From assembly GCA_964016885.1 (NCBI GenBank), contig OZ024742.1, positions 100,812,001-100,876,000 of the forward strand: DNA of 64,000 bases, written 5' to 3'. The notes beneath the pieces were generated by a model. It worked only from the letters and a program-made list of their open reading frames with translations. It ran no database searches and was not told where the DNA came from. Below, in pieces: positions 1 through 9,381 of the stretch. This DNA is from Eledone cirrhosa. Its lineage: Eukaryota. Made by a program: the position numbers and the translations under genes. Each line of letters begins with the position of its first letter. Positions within the stretch are counted from its first letter, which is position 1.

Positions 1-80
1 AACACCAAAATTACATATCATGAAGTTCTATATATGCTATATAAATAACTAGAGTCCATTCAAATTTCAAGTATTATTTG

Positions 81-288
81 ATTGGCAGAATCATTAGAGC
101 ACCAGACAAAATACTTTACAATATTTAGTTGCAGCCTTTTATGGGTCCTTTAAAGGCAATAGAAGAAATCATTATTATTCGAGGTTAACTTTGCCTTTCA
201 TCCTTACCGGGTCGATAAAATAAAGTACCAGTAATGAACTGGGTAATTGCTGGCCTTGTGCCAAAAGTAGAAACAATTATTATTATTT
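81..288 (+). mobile_element. Degenerate tRNA-derived SINE (Octopus-type) with (ATT)n tail
   Basis: Shares the core gaggtYaactttgcctttcatcc...gtcgataaaataaagtacc and the tail ttgctggccttgtgccaaaagtagaaac(att)n with the copies at ~1117 and ~8839. Boundaries approximate. Confidence 0.75.
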
Positions 289-488
289 TGAGTATTTAAA
301 ATGGAAATCTGAATGAAACTCTTTCTTTCGCGCGCGCGCGCACTCTCTCTCTGTAGAGAACAGGTAACTAGATCATATGTCAACCATCTCCTATTGCCTA
401 CTTCTGACCCTTTTTCTACCCCTTTTTTTATATTGCATCTGTTGATGACTCTATAATTACTAATTGCATGCTAACCTGCTACATCTAG

Positions 489-598
489 GTGTGATGGACG
501 TGTCAGTTGTAAAATACCGGCTGAGAATTCCATATTTGGAGGAGACCCCTGCAGTGGCACCTACAAGTACCTCGAGGTACACTACATATGTGAGAAAG
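489..598 (+). CDS. Internal coding exon: C-terminal half of a SUEL-type (Gal_Lectin / rhamnose-binding lectin) domain
   Basis: Acceptor ...ctacatctAG at 487-488 and donor GTAGGT at 599. Manual translation (phase 2 to phase 1) gives CDGRVSCKIPAENSIFGGDPCSGTYKYLEVHYICEK, matching the SUEL signature C-x-G-xxx-C...N-xx-FG-x-DPC-x-GTYKYL-x-V-x-Y-x-C. The ORF track reads this region in the wrong frame. Confidence 0.9.
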
Positions 599-735
599 GT
601 AGGTTTTTCACAAATATTCTATACATTTATCTATTTTCTTTTTGTTCTATTTTTTTTTTGTTTTTAGAGAAATTTGAACACTTTATAGTCATTGTTATCA
701 TCACCATCATTGTTACTGTTATTGAGAGTGGCGAA

Positions 736-884
736 TATGGTCTGAGTATATACCTGTATGGTCTGAGTATATACCTGTATGGTCTGAGTATATACCTGTA
801 TGGTCTGAGTATATACCTGTATGGTCTGAGTATATACCTGTATGGTCTGAGTGTATACCTGTATGGTCTGAGTGTATACCTGTA
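736..884 (+). repeat. 21-bp minisatellite, 7 copies (TATGGTCTGAGTRTATACCTG)
   Basis: Directly visible tandem copies. It explains the repetitive ORFs 627..914 and 658..885. Confidence 0.95.
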
Positions 885-1116
885 GCTTGGGGGATCACAA
901 CTGAGAGATGGCATTTATCTCAGTGGTCAGGGTGACTGTGTGGGGGTTTTTTTTGGGGGGGGGGGTTGTAGGTTTTTTTCCATGAGTAGCTTTTGAATTT
1001 CCACCCACCTCTGAGGAATTTTTCATTGTCTTCATTTTTAATTTTTTTAATTTTGTTTTTGTTTTCATAATTTTCCTTTCATGTTTTTTCATATAAACCC
1101 ATACTGTATCATCCTC

Positions 1117-1333
1117 GGACAGTATCGGTGGGACGTTGAACAAAACGCTTTGTGGTGTTTAGTTGTGACTTTCTATGTTTTGAGTTCAAATCCCGCTGAG
1201 GTCAGCTTTGTCTTTCATCCTTAGGAAGTTGATAAAATAAAGTACCTGTATTGCACTGGGGTCAATTTAATTGACTTTCTCCATCCCTTCAAATTGCTGA
1301 CTTTGTGCCAAAAGTAAAAACCATTATTATTAT
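1117..1333 (+). mobile_element. tRNA-derived SINE copy
   Basis: B-box-like GAGTTCAAATCCC at ~1182-1194, the same core as the other copies, and an (ATT)n tail. Confidence 0.8.
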
Positions 1334-1552
1334 TGTTAGTCTTATTTTTATTGGATGCTATCACTACATTACTGAGCACAGCTCTGTGCACCTTGGGTAT
1401 GTGCAGTGTTGTTTCTATTGTATTGAGAGCACTCTATGTAATATATGTGCAGTGTCTAAAAGTGATGTTTTCTGTATGCTGTATATAGTTGTATGCCCTG
1501 GGGTTTTGTTTATGTATCTGTCTGTGCATTTTTTTATCATGCACCTATTATT
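1323..1552 (-). mobile_element. 3' remnant of a restriction-like-endonuclease LINE (R4/Dong-like)
   Basis: Minus strand reads IIGA/(frameshift)MIKKCTDRYINKTPGHTTIYSIQKTSLLDTAHILHRVLSIQ* (stop at 1415-1417). This resembles the R4/Dong C-terminus IGALG...IQK..LLGTAHILR..L. A short 3'UTR follows and ends in (TAA)n. Confidence 0.65.
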
Positions 1553-1895
1553 TAAGGAATTTTGTGATCTTACTCATTGACCTCAGAGAGGTTCCTTTGC
1601 TCATCATCATGTGAGTTTTGCTGGAGATCAATGGATGACTCTTTTACCAAGATTGCACATCGATCATGCTGATTCCCACAACTTGAAAGCCCTTGCTGTG
1701 TGGTTTCCAAGTGTTATTCCTTTCCAAACAGCAGTCCCTGTTTGGTCTAGGTTGGTTTATTTCCATATTTGCCACAAATCCCTTTATTTAGAAGTTATTA
1801 ACCTATTTGGCACCTGGGGTCTCACTGTGTAGGAGCTCACTCTCTCTTGATGCTATCACTTTGCATGCAAAAAGAGATCAACCAGACAATGATGA

Positions 1896-2082
1896 GTATA
1901 TGAATATAGAATATATATGCATATATATATATGTATGTGTGTGTATATATATGTGTGTGTGTGCATATATGTGTGTGCTAACAAATGCTAACTAGTCTTC
2001 ATACATATATAATCCTAACTATAGTCTTTCATCAATATCTTAGTGAAACCTCCCAGTGTGTGTGTGTGTGTGTGTGTGTGTG
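1896..2082. repeat. (TA)n/(TG)n microsatellite cluster
   Basis: Mixed TA/TG runs at ~1896-1977 and a pure (TG)n at ~2056-2082. Confidence 0.85.
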
Positions 2083-2394
2083 GAGGGAGACAGAAACCAA
2101 AGTTATTTAAAATAGAATTAAAATAAAAGAAATTTGGAGAAAATCTTTTCTATCAGTTGGTCAATTTATCATGTATCAATATATTTCTACAGTTCATTGA
2201 TTGTGACACCTGTCAGTTCCAGACCATTTCTCTGAGTGTGTTAAATTCTGCTTAGTCTTCTTATCAGTCAATCTCCCCCCCCCCTTCTCTCTCTCTCTCT
2301 CCACACACACATAACTTGAATATATAGAAGTGAATCAATCAATAAAGTTACAGGCAAATATGACAATCTGAGGTACAATGTTTGAGTTACTACA

Positions 2395-2950
2395 TTAACC
2401 CTTTTGATACCAAACTGCCTGAAACCAGTCCAGGTTATATTATATAAAAATGGCCAATCTTATTTTGGTGTAATAATGGTCCAGTCAGCCAGCATATGGC
2501 AGGTATGATTTCAACTCTCACAGGCAATGTTGTCCACTTTTTCCATCTCTTAGAGTTTATATGCCCAACTTATTTGACTATTTACATAATTAAAAAAATC
2601 CTGTGTTGGAGCAACTTACATTAAGCTAACATACTGTTTGTTTTAGTTTTGTGTGTTTATATTTATCTAATTTAATTTTATAAGTGTATATGTACCTAAA
2701 AACCTTCTATCATAATTTTATGGAAGAACTTTTCTTGACCCTTTTGATAGCAAACCGCTTGAAACAAACTTGTTTATTTTAAAGTGTTTATATTTATCTA
2801 AAAATTTCCCATATGTTTATGTAAGAACATTTGTTATATTACAAACACTAACTTAATAATGAGAAAGTTAGTTATAAAATCCTTCCAAAATGTTCATGTA
2901 TTTTCAATATTATTTGAAAGCAATTAGAAATATAGTTACAAAAGGGTTAA
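2395..2950. mobile_element. piggyBac-type non-autonomous element (MITE) with TTAA TSD and a second internal left end
   Basis: TTAA|CCCTTTTGATAC at 2395-2410 and GTTACAAAAGGG|TTAA at 2935-2950 form terminal inverted repeats. A second left-end copy (ttgaCCCTTTTGATAGCAAAC) lies at ~2735. Confidence 0.65.
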
Positions 2951-3219
2951 CTCAGTTGACTGACCAATCAGATTTTAATTCCCCATGAGGAACTTAATAC
3001 TTTTTTCACTACAATATTTAAAAAAACAAAAACACTCCCTGTGATTTACAAACAATTTTTTTAATGACTTGGAAGGATTTAGTCAAATAACTAAATTTAT
3101 TATGTTTAAGTTTTAGTTTATCCAAAGCCCTTCTAAATCCATTTGCATTTGGGAGAAGTATTGACAAGCATCGATTACACACTAGTATTTGTTGATGTGT
3201 GTGTGTGTCTGTATTTATT

Positions 3220-4282
3220 TTTGTTGCTACGCCAGTCATTGGGTATAGTACCATTTTATATTACTTGGTTTACAATATGGGTGGTTATGGTGTGGCCTAC
3301 TATCCCAGATGCTTTCAGTATCTCAGCAACTATTCCCAATGGCCCTGCTACTTTGCCTGTCTTCTACTTACTATACTGCTGCTGACTTGTACCACTAGTC
3401 CCTCTGTTGGGTCTGCTTAGGTCATACTATCTTCCACCCATGCATTCTTCTCATTCATCAGTCTCTCATAATGACACTGCCATGCTATCTTCTTTTTGGC
3501 ATCTTGAGGACAAGTGCATCTTTATCATCTCAGACACACTTCTCACCAACAACATCAGAATTTTCCCTGACACACTGCCTCGTGATCCTGAACACCTCAC
3601 ATCTTTGGTCCTCACATTGCATAACAGGCATAAACTTTTTATTTTCTGCCTCCTTTCTTGCAGAGTATACTTGTCACTTAGCCTCTCTCCTGGCCTTTTG
3701 ATAAAGTTCTTTGATCCCCCATTTTGCCATTCTTTCCATGCCTAACTCTTAGCCTTAATTGTTTCATCCACCCTATTATTCCATCACTAAGTCACTCTCC
3801 TACTCCCTGGGCCTCTGCTCCAGTCACATACCTCATTTGTGGCCTTCAGTAGGTTATCTCTCAGAAACTCCCCTGCTCCTCTATATTTATGTTGCTATTT
3901 CCTCTTCCTTATTGTCAAAAGCATCAAGTAGGATATTCCTACATTTGTTACAAGCTGAGGGCTCCTTTAACTTCCATATCCTCCTCCTCCAGGTTGCTCT
4001 CTGTCTCCAATTTTGTCTAGCTCTAATTAACAAATCACTCACTACAAGATTATGTTGGGAGGTGCATTCCTCACCAGGGAGGGATTTTGTGTTCATGACC
4101 ATCGCTCTATCCTGCCATCTGGTGAGGAGGAAATCTATTTGGCTGGTGTGCTTCCCTGATTTATAGGTGATCAAGTGATTCTGCTTTTTTTAAGTTAGTG
4201 TTGCAGATTAGTTCATGAACGTTGCAGAATTGTAAGAGCCTGGAACCTTCCTCATTTCTAGCACCAAACCCATAACCTCCAT
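3220..4282 (-). pseudogene. Old degraded RTE-clade LINE fragment (end of AP endonuclease, linker, start of RT)
   Basis: Nucleotide similarity to the young RTE at 44790-45500 is visible by eye. Minus-strand peptides GGYGFGARNEEGSRLLQF and ITYKSGKHTSQIDFLLTR...ECTSQHNLVV are APE motifs. Frameshifts and stops are present. Confidence 0.85.
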
Positions 4283-4311
4283 TATAGGTTAAGTGCTAGA
4301 AATGAGGAAGG

Positions 4312-4560
4312 ATATATGTGTGTATATATCATCATCATCATCATTTTACATCCACTTTTCCATGCTTGCATAATGTATGTATATATGCATATGTATATTT
4401 CATGTTGTGCATGTATGATGATGATGATATATATCCAACTCTTGCTAGCAGGGAACGATGATATGTGTGTGTGTATGAGGATACAAACACACACATACAC
4501 ACATGTGTATATATGCATACACACAGATAGATATGTATACATATACATATACACACACAT
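4312..4560. repeat. Low-complexity TA/TG/CA and (ATC)n microsatellite patch with a short RTE 3'-tail remnant
   Basis: catcatcatcatcattttacatccacttttccatgcttgcat (~4330-4371) matches the RTE 3' terminus at 43008-43056. The rest is dinucleotide repeat. Confidence 0.7.
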
Positions 4561-4839
4561 CAATACACTATTACATTTTTCTAGATAGTAAAATTGGAAA
4601 AGAGTTATTTATATATCTATAATTAAATTGCTCCATTTTACAAACCTAGAAGCTGGCTTCTAGGTTTGAAGGTCACCTTTGAACACCCCTCCCCCACACA
4701 CACACACACTTACTTCGATCATATAATTTTAGGTGTTTAATATCTGAAATACTGTGTTCCTTCTAGAACTACTTTGTAGGTTTTAGTACTTATGTCATTA
4801 TTTGTGCAAGGTTTCAAAGATTAAATGGGTTGAGTGCAT

Positions 4840-5252
4840 TTTATTGTGGTACCAGCATGATAAATTTATAAATGCTCCCAGTACACTGTTAAATGGTGAT
4901 GCTGGGTGATGCTGGTGTCATGATAAAATGCGCCCAGTGTACTCTGTAAAGTAGCATGATAAAAGGCACCCACTCCACTTTATAATGTGGTAGTGATGGT
5001 GTCACAATAAAATGCACCCAGTACACTCTGTAAAGTCGTAGTGGTAGTGCCATGTTGACATGCACCCGCTCCACTCTGTAAAGTGGTAGTTGCTGATGCC
5101 ATGTTAAAATGTAGTCAGTATAAAGTGTAAAGCAGATGGCATTGAGAAGGGCATCCAGCCAGAGAAACTATTCCAGCTGACCTGTCTAGTCTCGGACCGT
5201 GACAATCTGTTCATACCAGCAGGTAAAACATACATGAAATGATGATGATGAT
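4840..5252 (+). mobile_element. RTE 3'UTR-derived fragment with degenerate internal tandem units and (ATG)n tail
   Basis: Repeated aaatgcacccag..cactctgtaaagt units, then gaagggcatccagc...gtaaaa..(tga)n, homologous to the reverse complement of 43008-43260. Confidence 0.7.
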
Positions 5253-5643
5253 AATACCTGTGTAAAAATTTATTTGCATGTCATTTATTATTTTGCTTAC
5301 GAATCCTTGCTACCATGCCAAAAGATCCATGAAATGTTTTGCAGCAAGAAAAAGAAAATTGCTTCTCTTCCTCTTGCATGTTCTCTGGTTTTTGTAATAA
5401 TCCACTACTATGGATTATATTGAATATATATTGATTTGTCAATCCTTCTGTAATATCTTGTTTTCTTGTCTTTTTATTCCTTTATCAAATTTTATTCCTT
5501 TATTATTGATTTATTTTAAAACTATTATCAAATGTATTTTACATAATGTCTATTGTTGTTAGATTTTTAATTATGATAAGTAATTTATCATATTTATAGA
5601 TATGTTGAATGTAATAATTATTGTAATAATATTTTTTAGAACA

Positions 5644-5900
5644 TGGTAGTGAAACAACAGAATCATTAGCGTGTCAGTTAAATGCTTTGCAGTATTTGTT
5701 TTATCTCTCTGTACTCTGCATTCCAATTCTACTGATGTCAATTTTCCCTTTTGTCTTTTTGGGATTGATAAATAAACTACTAGTCCAAGACAGTGGATTG
5801 GCAAATTTGTCAGAATTGGATTCCAAACTTTGTAGTATCTTTTTCGGCTCTTCGCTTTCTGAGTTCACTTGCAACATCACTGGTGTCAACCTATATTAGC
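5644..5900 (+). mobile_element. Two adjacent degraded SINE fragments
   Basis: cagaatcattagcg...aaatgctttgcagtattt...gattgataaataaactac, followed by gtggattggcaaatttgtcag...tctgagttca. Both resemble the SINE head and core. Confidence 0.55.
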
Positions 5901-6109
5901 TATTGATTGCTTTTTCATTGAACAACGATGGTGGCATGGACAGATGGTAATGCTGGTGGACTGGTATACATATGTAAATGCTGGTTTTCTACAAAACACC
6001 TTGCCTTGGTTGTTGCCTTTGAGGGGAACTTTCCAGGTATCAATCCATGATTTCATGAGACAAACAGAGGCCCCAGGTAGAACAGAACATTTTGTTTGAA
6101 GTATTGTGC

Positions 6110-6620
6110 TATGATGAAAAGCACCCAGCCCACACTGTAAGGTTGTAATGCTGGTGCCATGGCAAAAGTACCCAGCCACCCTGTAAGGTGGTAGTGCTGG
6201 TTCTGTGACAAAAGCATCAAGCACACCCTGTAAGGTGGTAGTGCTGGTTCTGTAACAAAAGCATCAAGCACACCCTGTAAGGTGGTAGTGCTGGTTCTGT
6301 GACAAAAGCATCAAGCACACCCTGTAAGGTGGTAGTGCTGGTTCTGTAACAAAAGCATCAAGCACACCCTGTAAGGTGGTAATGCTGGTGCCACAACAAA
6401 AAGTACCTAGTCCACCCTGTAAAGTGGTAGTTCTGGAAACACAATAAAATGCTCCCAGTTCCCACTGTAAATGTGGTTGGCATTAGGAAGGGCACCCAGC
6501 TATAGAAACCAAGTCAAAATGGAATGTACAAGCAGGAAATGGTCACCAGACTGATCTAGAATGTGGCAACTTGTCTAAACTATGCAAGCAGGGAAAATAG
6601 ATGTAAAACAGTGATAATGA
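6110..6620 (+). mobile_element. RTE 3'UTR-derived fragment containing a 47-bp minisatellite (~7-8 units, 4 near-identical)
   Basis: Unit CTGTAAGGTGGTAGTGCTGGTTCTGTRACAAAAGCATCAAGCACACC with period 47 (6181 to 6228). The downstream ggttggcattaggaagggcacccagct...gtaaaacagtgataatga matches the RTE 3' end. Confidence 0.8.
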
Positions 6621-7001
6621 AGATCAGTTTTGAACATACATTCTTTGGCAGACATCTTTGTCATCAACATTATCTTCACAACACCCACACACCCAAACTC
6701 ACACACTCACAGTAACAACTATTACAGAATTGCCAGGCTATTGTATATACCCATACACCTAATAATCACTAAAGGTGTGTGTGAGTGTGTGTGTGTGTGT
6801 GTGAAACTGGAGATCTCAAACAGATTTGCTCTTGATTGATGTCTATTTTGCAAATTATTATATATTGATACAATAGGCTTTGAGTTACACTTAACATAGG
6901 TTTCAAGTGCCACTCAGTCTGCTATACTTGGCAGCAATTTCAACAGTTAAAATTTAACTTCTGGTTTAAACTGACCATATTGGTTTCAGATGTCTTGCTA
7001 A

Positions 7002-7298
7002 ACTTACCACTGTAGGAGGAGGAGGTGACTTACCGCTGTAGGAGGAGGAGGTGACTTACCACTGTAGGAGGAGGTGACTTACCATTGTAGGAGGAGGAGG
7101 TGGCATACCACTGTAGGAGGAGGTTACTTACCACTGTAGGAGGAGGAGGTGACTTATCACTGTAGGAGTTACTTAGCACTGTAGGAGGAGGTGTCTTACC
7201 ACTGTAGGAGGTGAGGAGGAGGACGTGACTTACTACTGTAGGAGGTTATTTACCACTAGGTGAAGAGGGTGAGGAAGAGGTAACTTACCACTGTAGGT
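7002..7298 (+). repeat. Variable-length minisatellite, ~11 units of ACTTACCACTGTA(GGA)nGGTG
   Basis: Directly visible. Unit length varies with the number of GGA triplets (~20-35 bp). Confidence 0.9.
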
Positions 7299-7689
7299 GT
7301 TGTGGAAGGGGAGGTGAGAGTGCAGGATTTGTCACACAGCAAATCCCTCACTACAACCAGGTAGCCTGAAGCCAATAGCAAGGTTTCCTAGAGATCAAGT
7401 GACATCAATCCAACAACAATTTTTATGACAGTCCAGATATCGGAATCAATTTAACATACTATAAACATTACATACCTTTCTTTATCAGTGTAATAAAACT
7501 GTTATTTGATGCTGGTGGTGGTGTTGTCATGTAGCTGTATTTCTGCAGACCCATGTCACACAAATATTTTGAATGAACATTTTATAGTGACCTACAACAG
7601 CCCCATCGAATCACTTACAGACACACACACACCCACACACACACGTATGGAACATATGAGCAAGATATGGATGCCCCTAATCTATCTAG

Positions 7690-7754
7690 GAACATAATGA
7701 CTTGTCTAACATATGCCAGCATGAAAAGCAGATGTAAAATGATGATGATGATGA
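7690..7754 (+). mobile_element. Very short RTE 3'-terminal fragment with (ATG)n tail
   Basis: acttgtctaacatatgccagcatgaaaagcagatgtaaaa(tga)n resembles the RTE terminus acccgtctaacccatgctagcgtggaagaacggacgtaaaacgg(tga)n. Confidence 0.65.
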
Positions 7755-8110
7755 CACCTCCAATATTCTAAACTATTAATTAACCATAGCAAATTGCTGT
7801 TCATAATTTGTTCTACTCCTGGAAAACAGTCAAATAAAAAATTTTTTTTTTTAATTATTTTCTATTTCTGGTTAATTTGCCAATAAATCTTAAACACATT
7901 ATTGTTGATCAGTTGATCTGATAGAGAAAATATATTATTAGCACAGTTATAAAGTTTGTAATATATATAAGTATGCATAATGGGTTTTTACAATTTATTC
8001 AAAAATGTGCCATGGGTTTGACAACTATGCAGTGTGTTGCTGCCATAGTATCGATCCAACCTCTTCAGATGGTCTTCCAAACATTATTTTATCCACCCCT
8101 GGTTTTCTGG

Positions 8111-8173
8111 AGAACCCAGCGGGTAGAGATAGGGGAATTTTATCAGTTCCCCTATCTTGTCACTCTGGGTTCT
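8111..8173. other. Imperfect inverted repeat (27-bp arms, 9-nt loop)
   Basis: AGAACCCAGcgggtagAGATAGGGGAA-ttttatcag-TTCCCCTATCTtgtcactCTGGGTTCT; 22 of 27 positions are Watson-Crick complementary. Confidence 0.8.
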
Positions 8174-8622
8174 ACACTGCAGAGTTATCAAAACCTGTTG
8201 AAACATCTTCAATGAAAATTTTCCAAATAAATTGTTGTAAAAACCTATTATACATACTTATCCTTCATTGTATATACTCCGCCTGAACCACCAGATGTAA
8301 TCTGGGATCAAAATGATTTATAACTAAATTTTATAATTTGTCTTTTAACATTCTGTAATGATTTAATAGAAAATATCTAAAAACAGGTTTGTTAATTCAA
8401 ATGTTTATAGCATCTTTAATTGGAGTAAGATTGTTGCAAATATTTGCAGTATTAGACCTAAAGACTTCAATATTTAATGTGAATCAGCCTTAGTTCTGTT
8501 TTGTACTTTTCACGTATAATTTTGAATGTGGTCTCATGGTACAGAATGTTAGGAGTTAATCAAATTGTTTTGATACCTGTGTTATCATCCCATTATAATT
8601 TTATTTTTTCTTTCTTTCTTAG

Positions 8623-8703
8623 ACTCTGCCCCAACTTTTCCAAAATCTCAGGTGGCTAATGTCGGTGATACAGTAGAGCTAATGTGCTCAAAAGAAAAGC
8701 TTG
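8623..8703 (+). CDS. Internal coding exon: N-terminal part of an immunoglobulin (probably I-set) domain
   Basis: Strong polypyrimidine tract (ttttttctttctttcttAG), donor GTATGT at 8704, 81 nt, phase 1-1. Translation (D)SAPTFPKSQVANVGDTVELMCSKEKL(G) contains the Ig A'-B strand motif G-D-T-V-x-L-x-C. Confidence 0.85.
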
Positions 8704-8838
8704 GTATGTCACATAACAATCTTAACTGACTCTTTTTTTAAATATTATTTATTATTTTATGACCAAAGCCCATTTGGGATTCTTTCACTAGTTCCATTTT
8801 TGAGCATCTTAGGATTATTATTGTAAATGTTATTGTTC

Positions 8839-9133
8839 AGGCAATGGATTGGCAGGATCGTTAAGGTGTCAAACAAAATGTTTTGCTGCATTTACCTACA
8901 GCCTTTCATTCCTGAGTTTAAATCCCACTGAGGTCAACTTTGCCTTTCATCCTTTCAGGGTCAATAAAATAAAGTACCAGTAAAGTACTGAGGTTGATTC
9001 AATCGACCTTTTTCTCTCCTCCAATTGCTAACCTTATACCTAAATTAAAAACCATTATTGTTATTGTTGCATATTTTTATTATTATTATTGCTGGCCTTG
9101 TGGCAAAAAAAGAAACAATTATTATTATTATTA
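8839..9133 (+). mobile_element. tRNA-derived SINE inside the short intron that splits the Ig domain
   Basis: ggattggcaggatcgttaag...gagtttaaatcccactgaggtcaactttgcctttcatcctttcaggggtcaataaaataaagtacc, with a duplicated tail segment and (ATT)n. Confidence 0.8.
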
Positions 9134-9154
9134 TGTAATTTTCTCCTACATTAG

Positions 9155-9346
9155 GTGAGTCTGCTATACAGAGCCTTGCTAGAATAAAATGGTCAAAGGT
9201 CGATGGAAAAATAGCGAAGAAAGCCATAATTAACAGAAATAATCTCATTATACATAACGCATCTGTGAAAGATGCTGGCATTTACTGCTGTACTGTCACA
9301 CTTGGAACAAAGTCTTTCCAGTCCAAAATTACACTCAATATCACAT
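9155..9346 (+). CDS. Internal coding exon: C-terminal part of the Ig domain
   Basis: Acceptor ttctcctacattAG, donor GTAAGT at 9347, 192 nt, phase 1-1, open. Translation GESAIQSLARIKWSKVDGKIAKKAIINRNNLIIHNASVKDAGIYCCTVTLGTKSFQSKITLNIT has the C-strand W, E-strand L-x-I, the D-x-G-x-Y-x-C motif and a G-strand. Confidence 0.9.
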
Positions 9347-9381
9347 GTAAGTTGACTATTATTGTCTTAGATAATGCTGCC

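Noticed and set aside
464-667. 67-aa ORF from the track
   Set aside because: Wrong frame. The real coding signal is the spliced lectin exon at 489-598.
627-1143. Repetitive or low-complexity ORFs (YRYILRP, GLSIYLY, K-rich)
   Set aside because: Translations of the 21-bp minisatellite and of T-rich tracts.
6181-6370. Origin of the 41-bp satellite from the 47-bp RTE 3'UTR unit
   Set aside because: Only a short resemblance (TGCTGGTTCTGTAACA versus TGTTGGTTGTAACA) in low-complexity G/T-rich sequence. Not supportable without a statistical alignment.
7315-7351. Small hairpin GGATTTG-N8-CAAATCC with GTGAG/CTCAC flanks
   Set aside because: A 7-bp stem is expected by chance in 9 kb of sequence.
7973-8286. 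80- and 93-aa ORFs as additional exons
   Set aside because: No convincing splice-site pair or domain motif. The lectin and Ig exons already join in phase without them.
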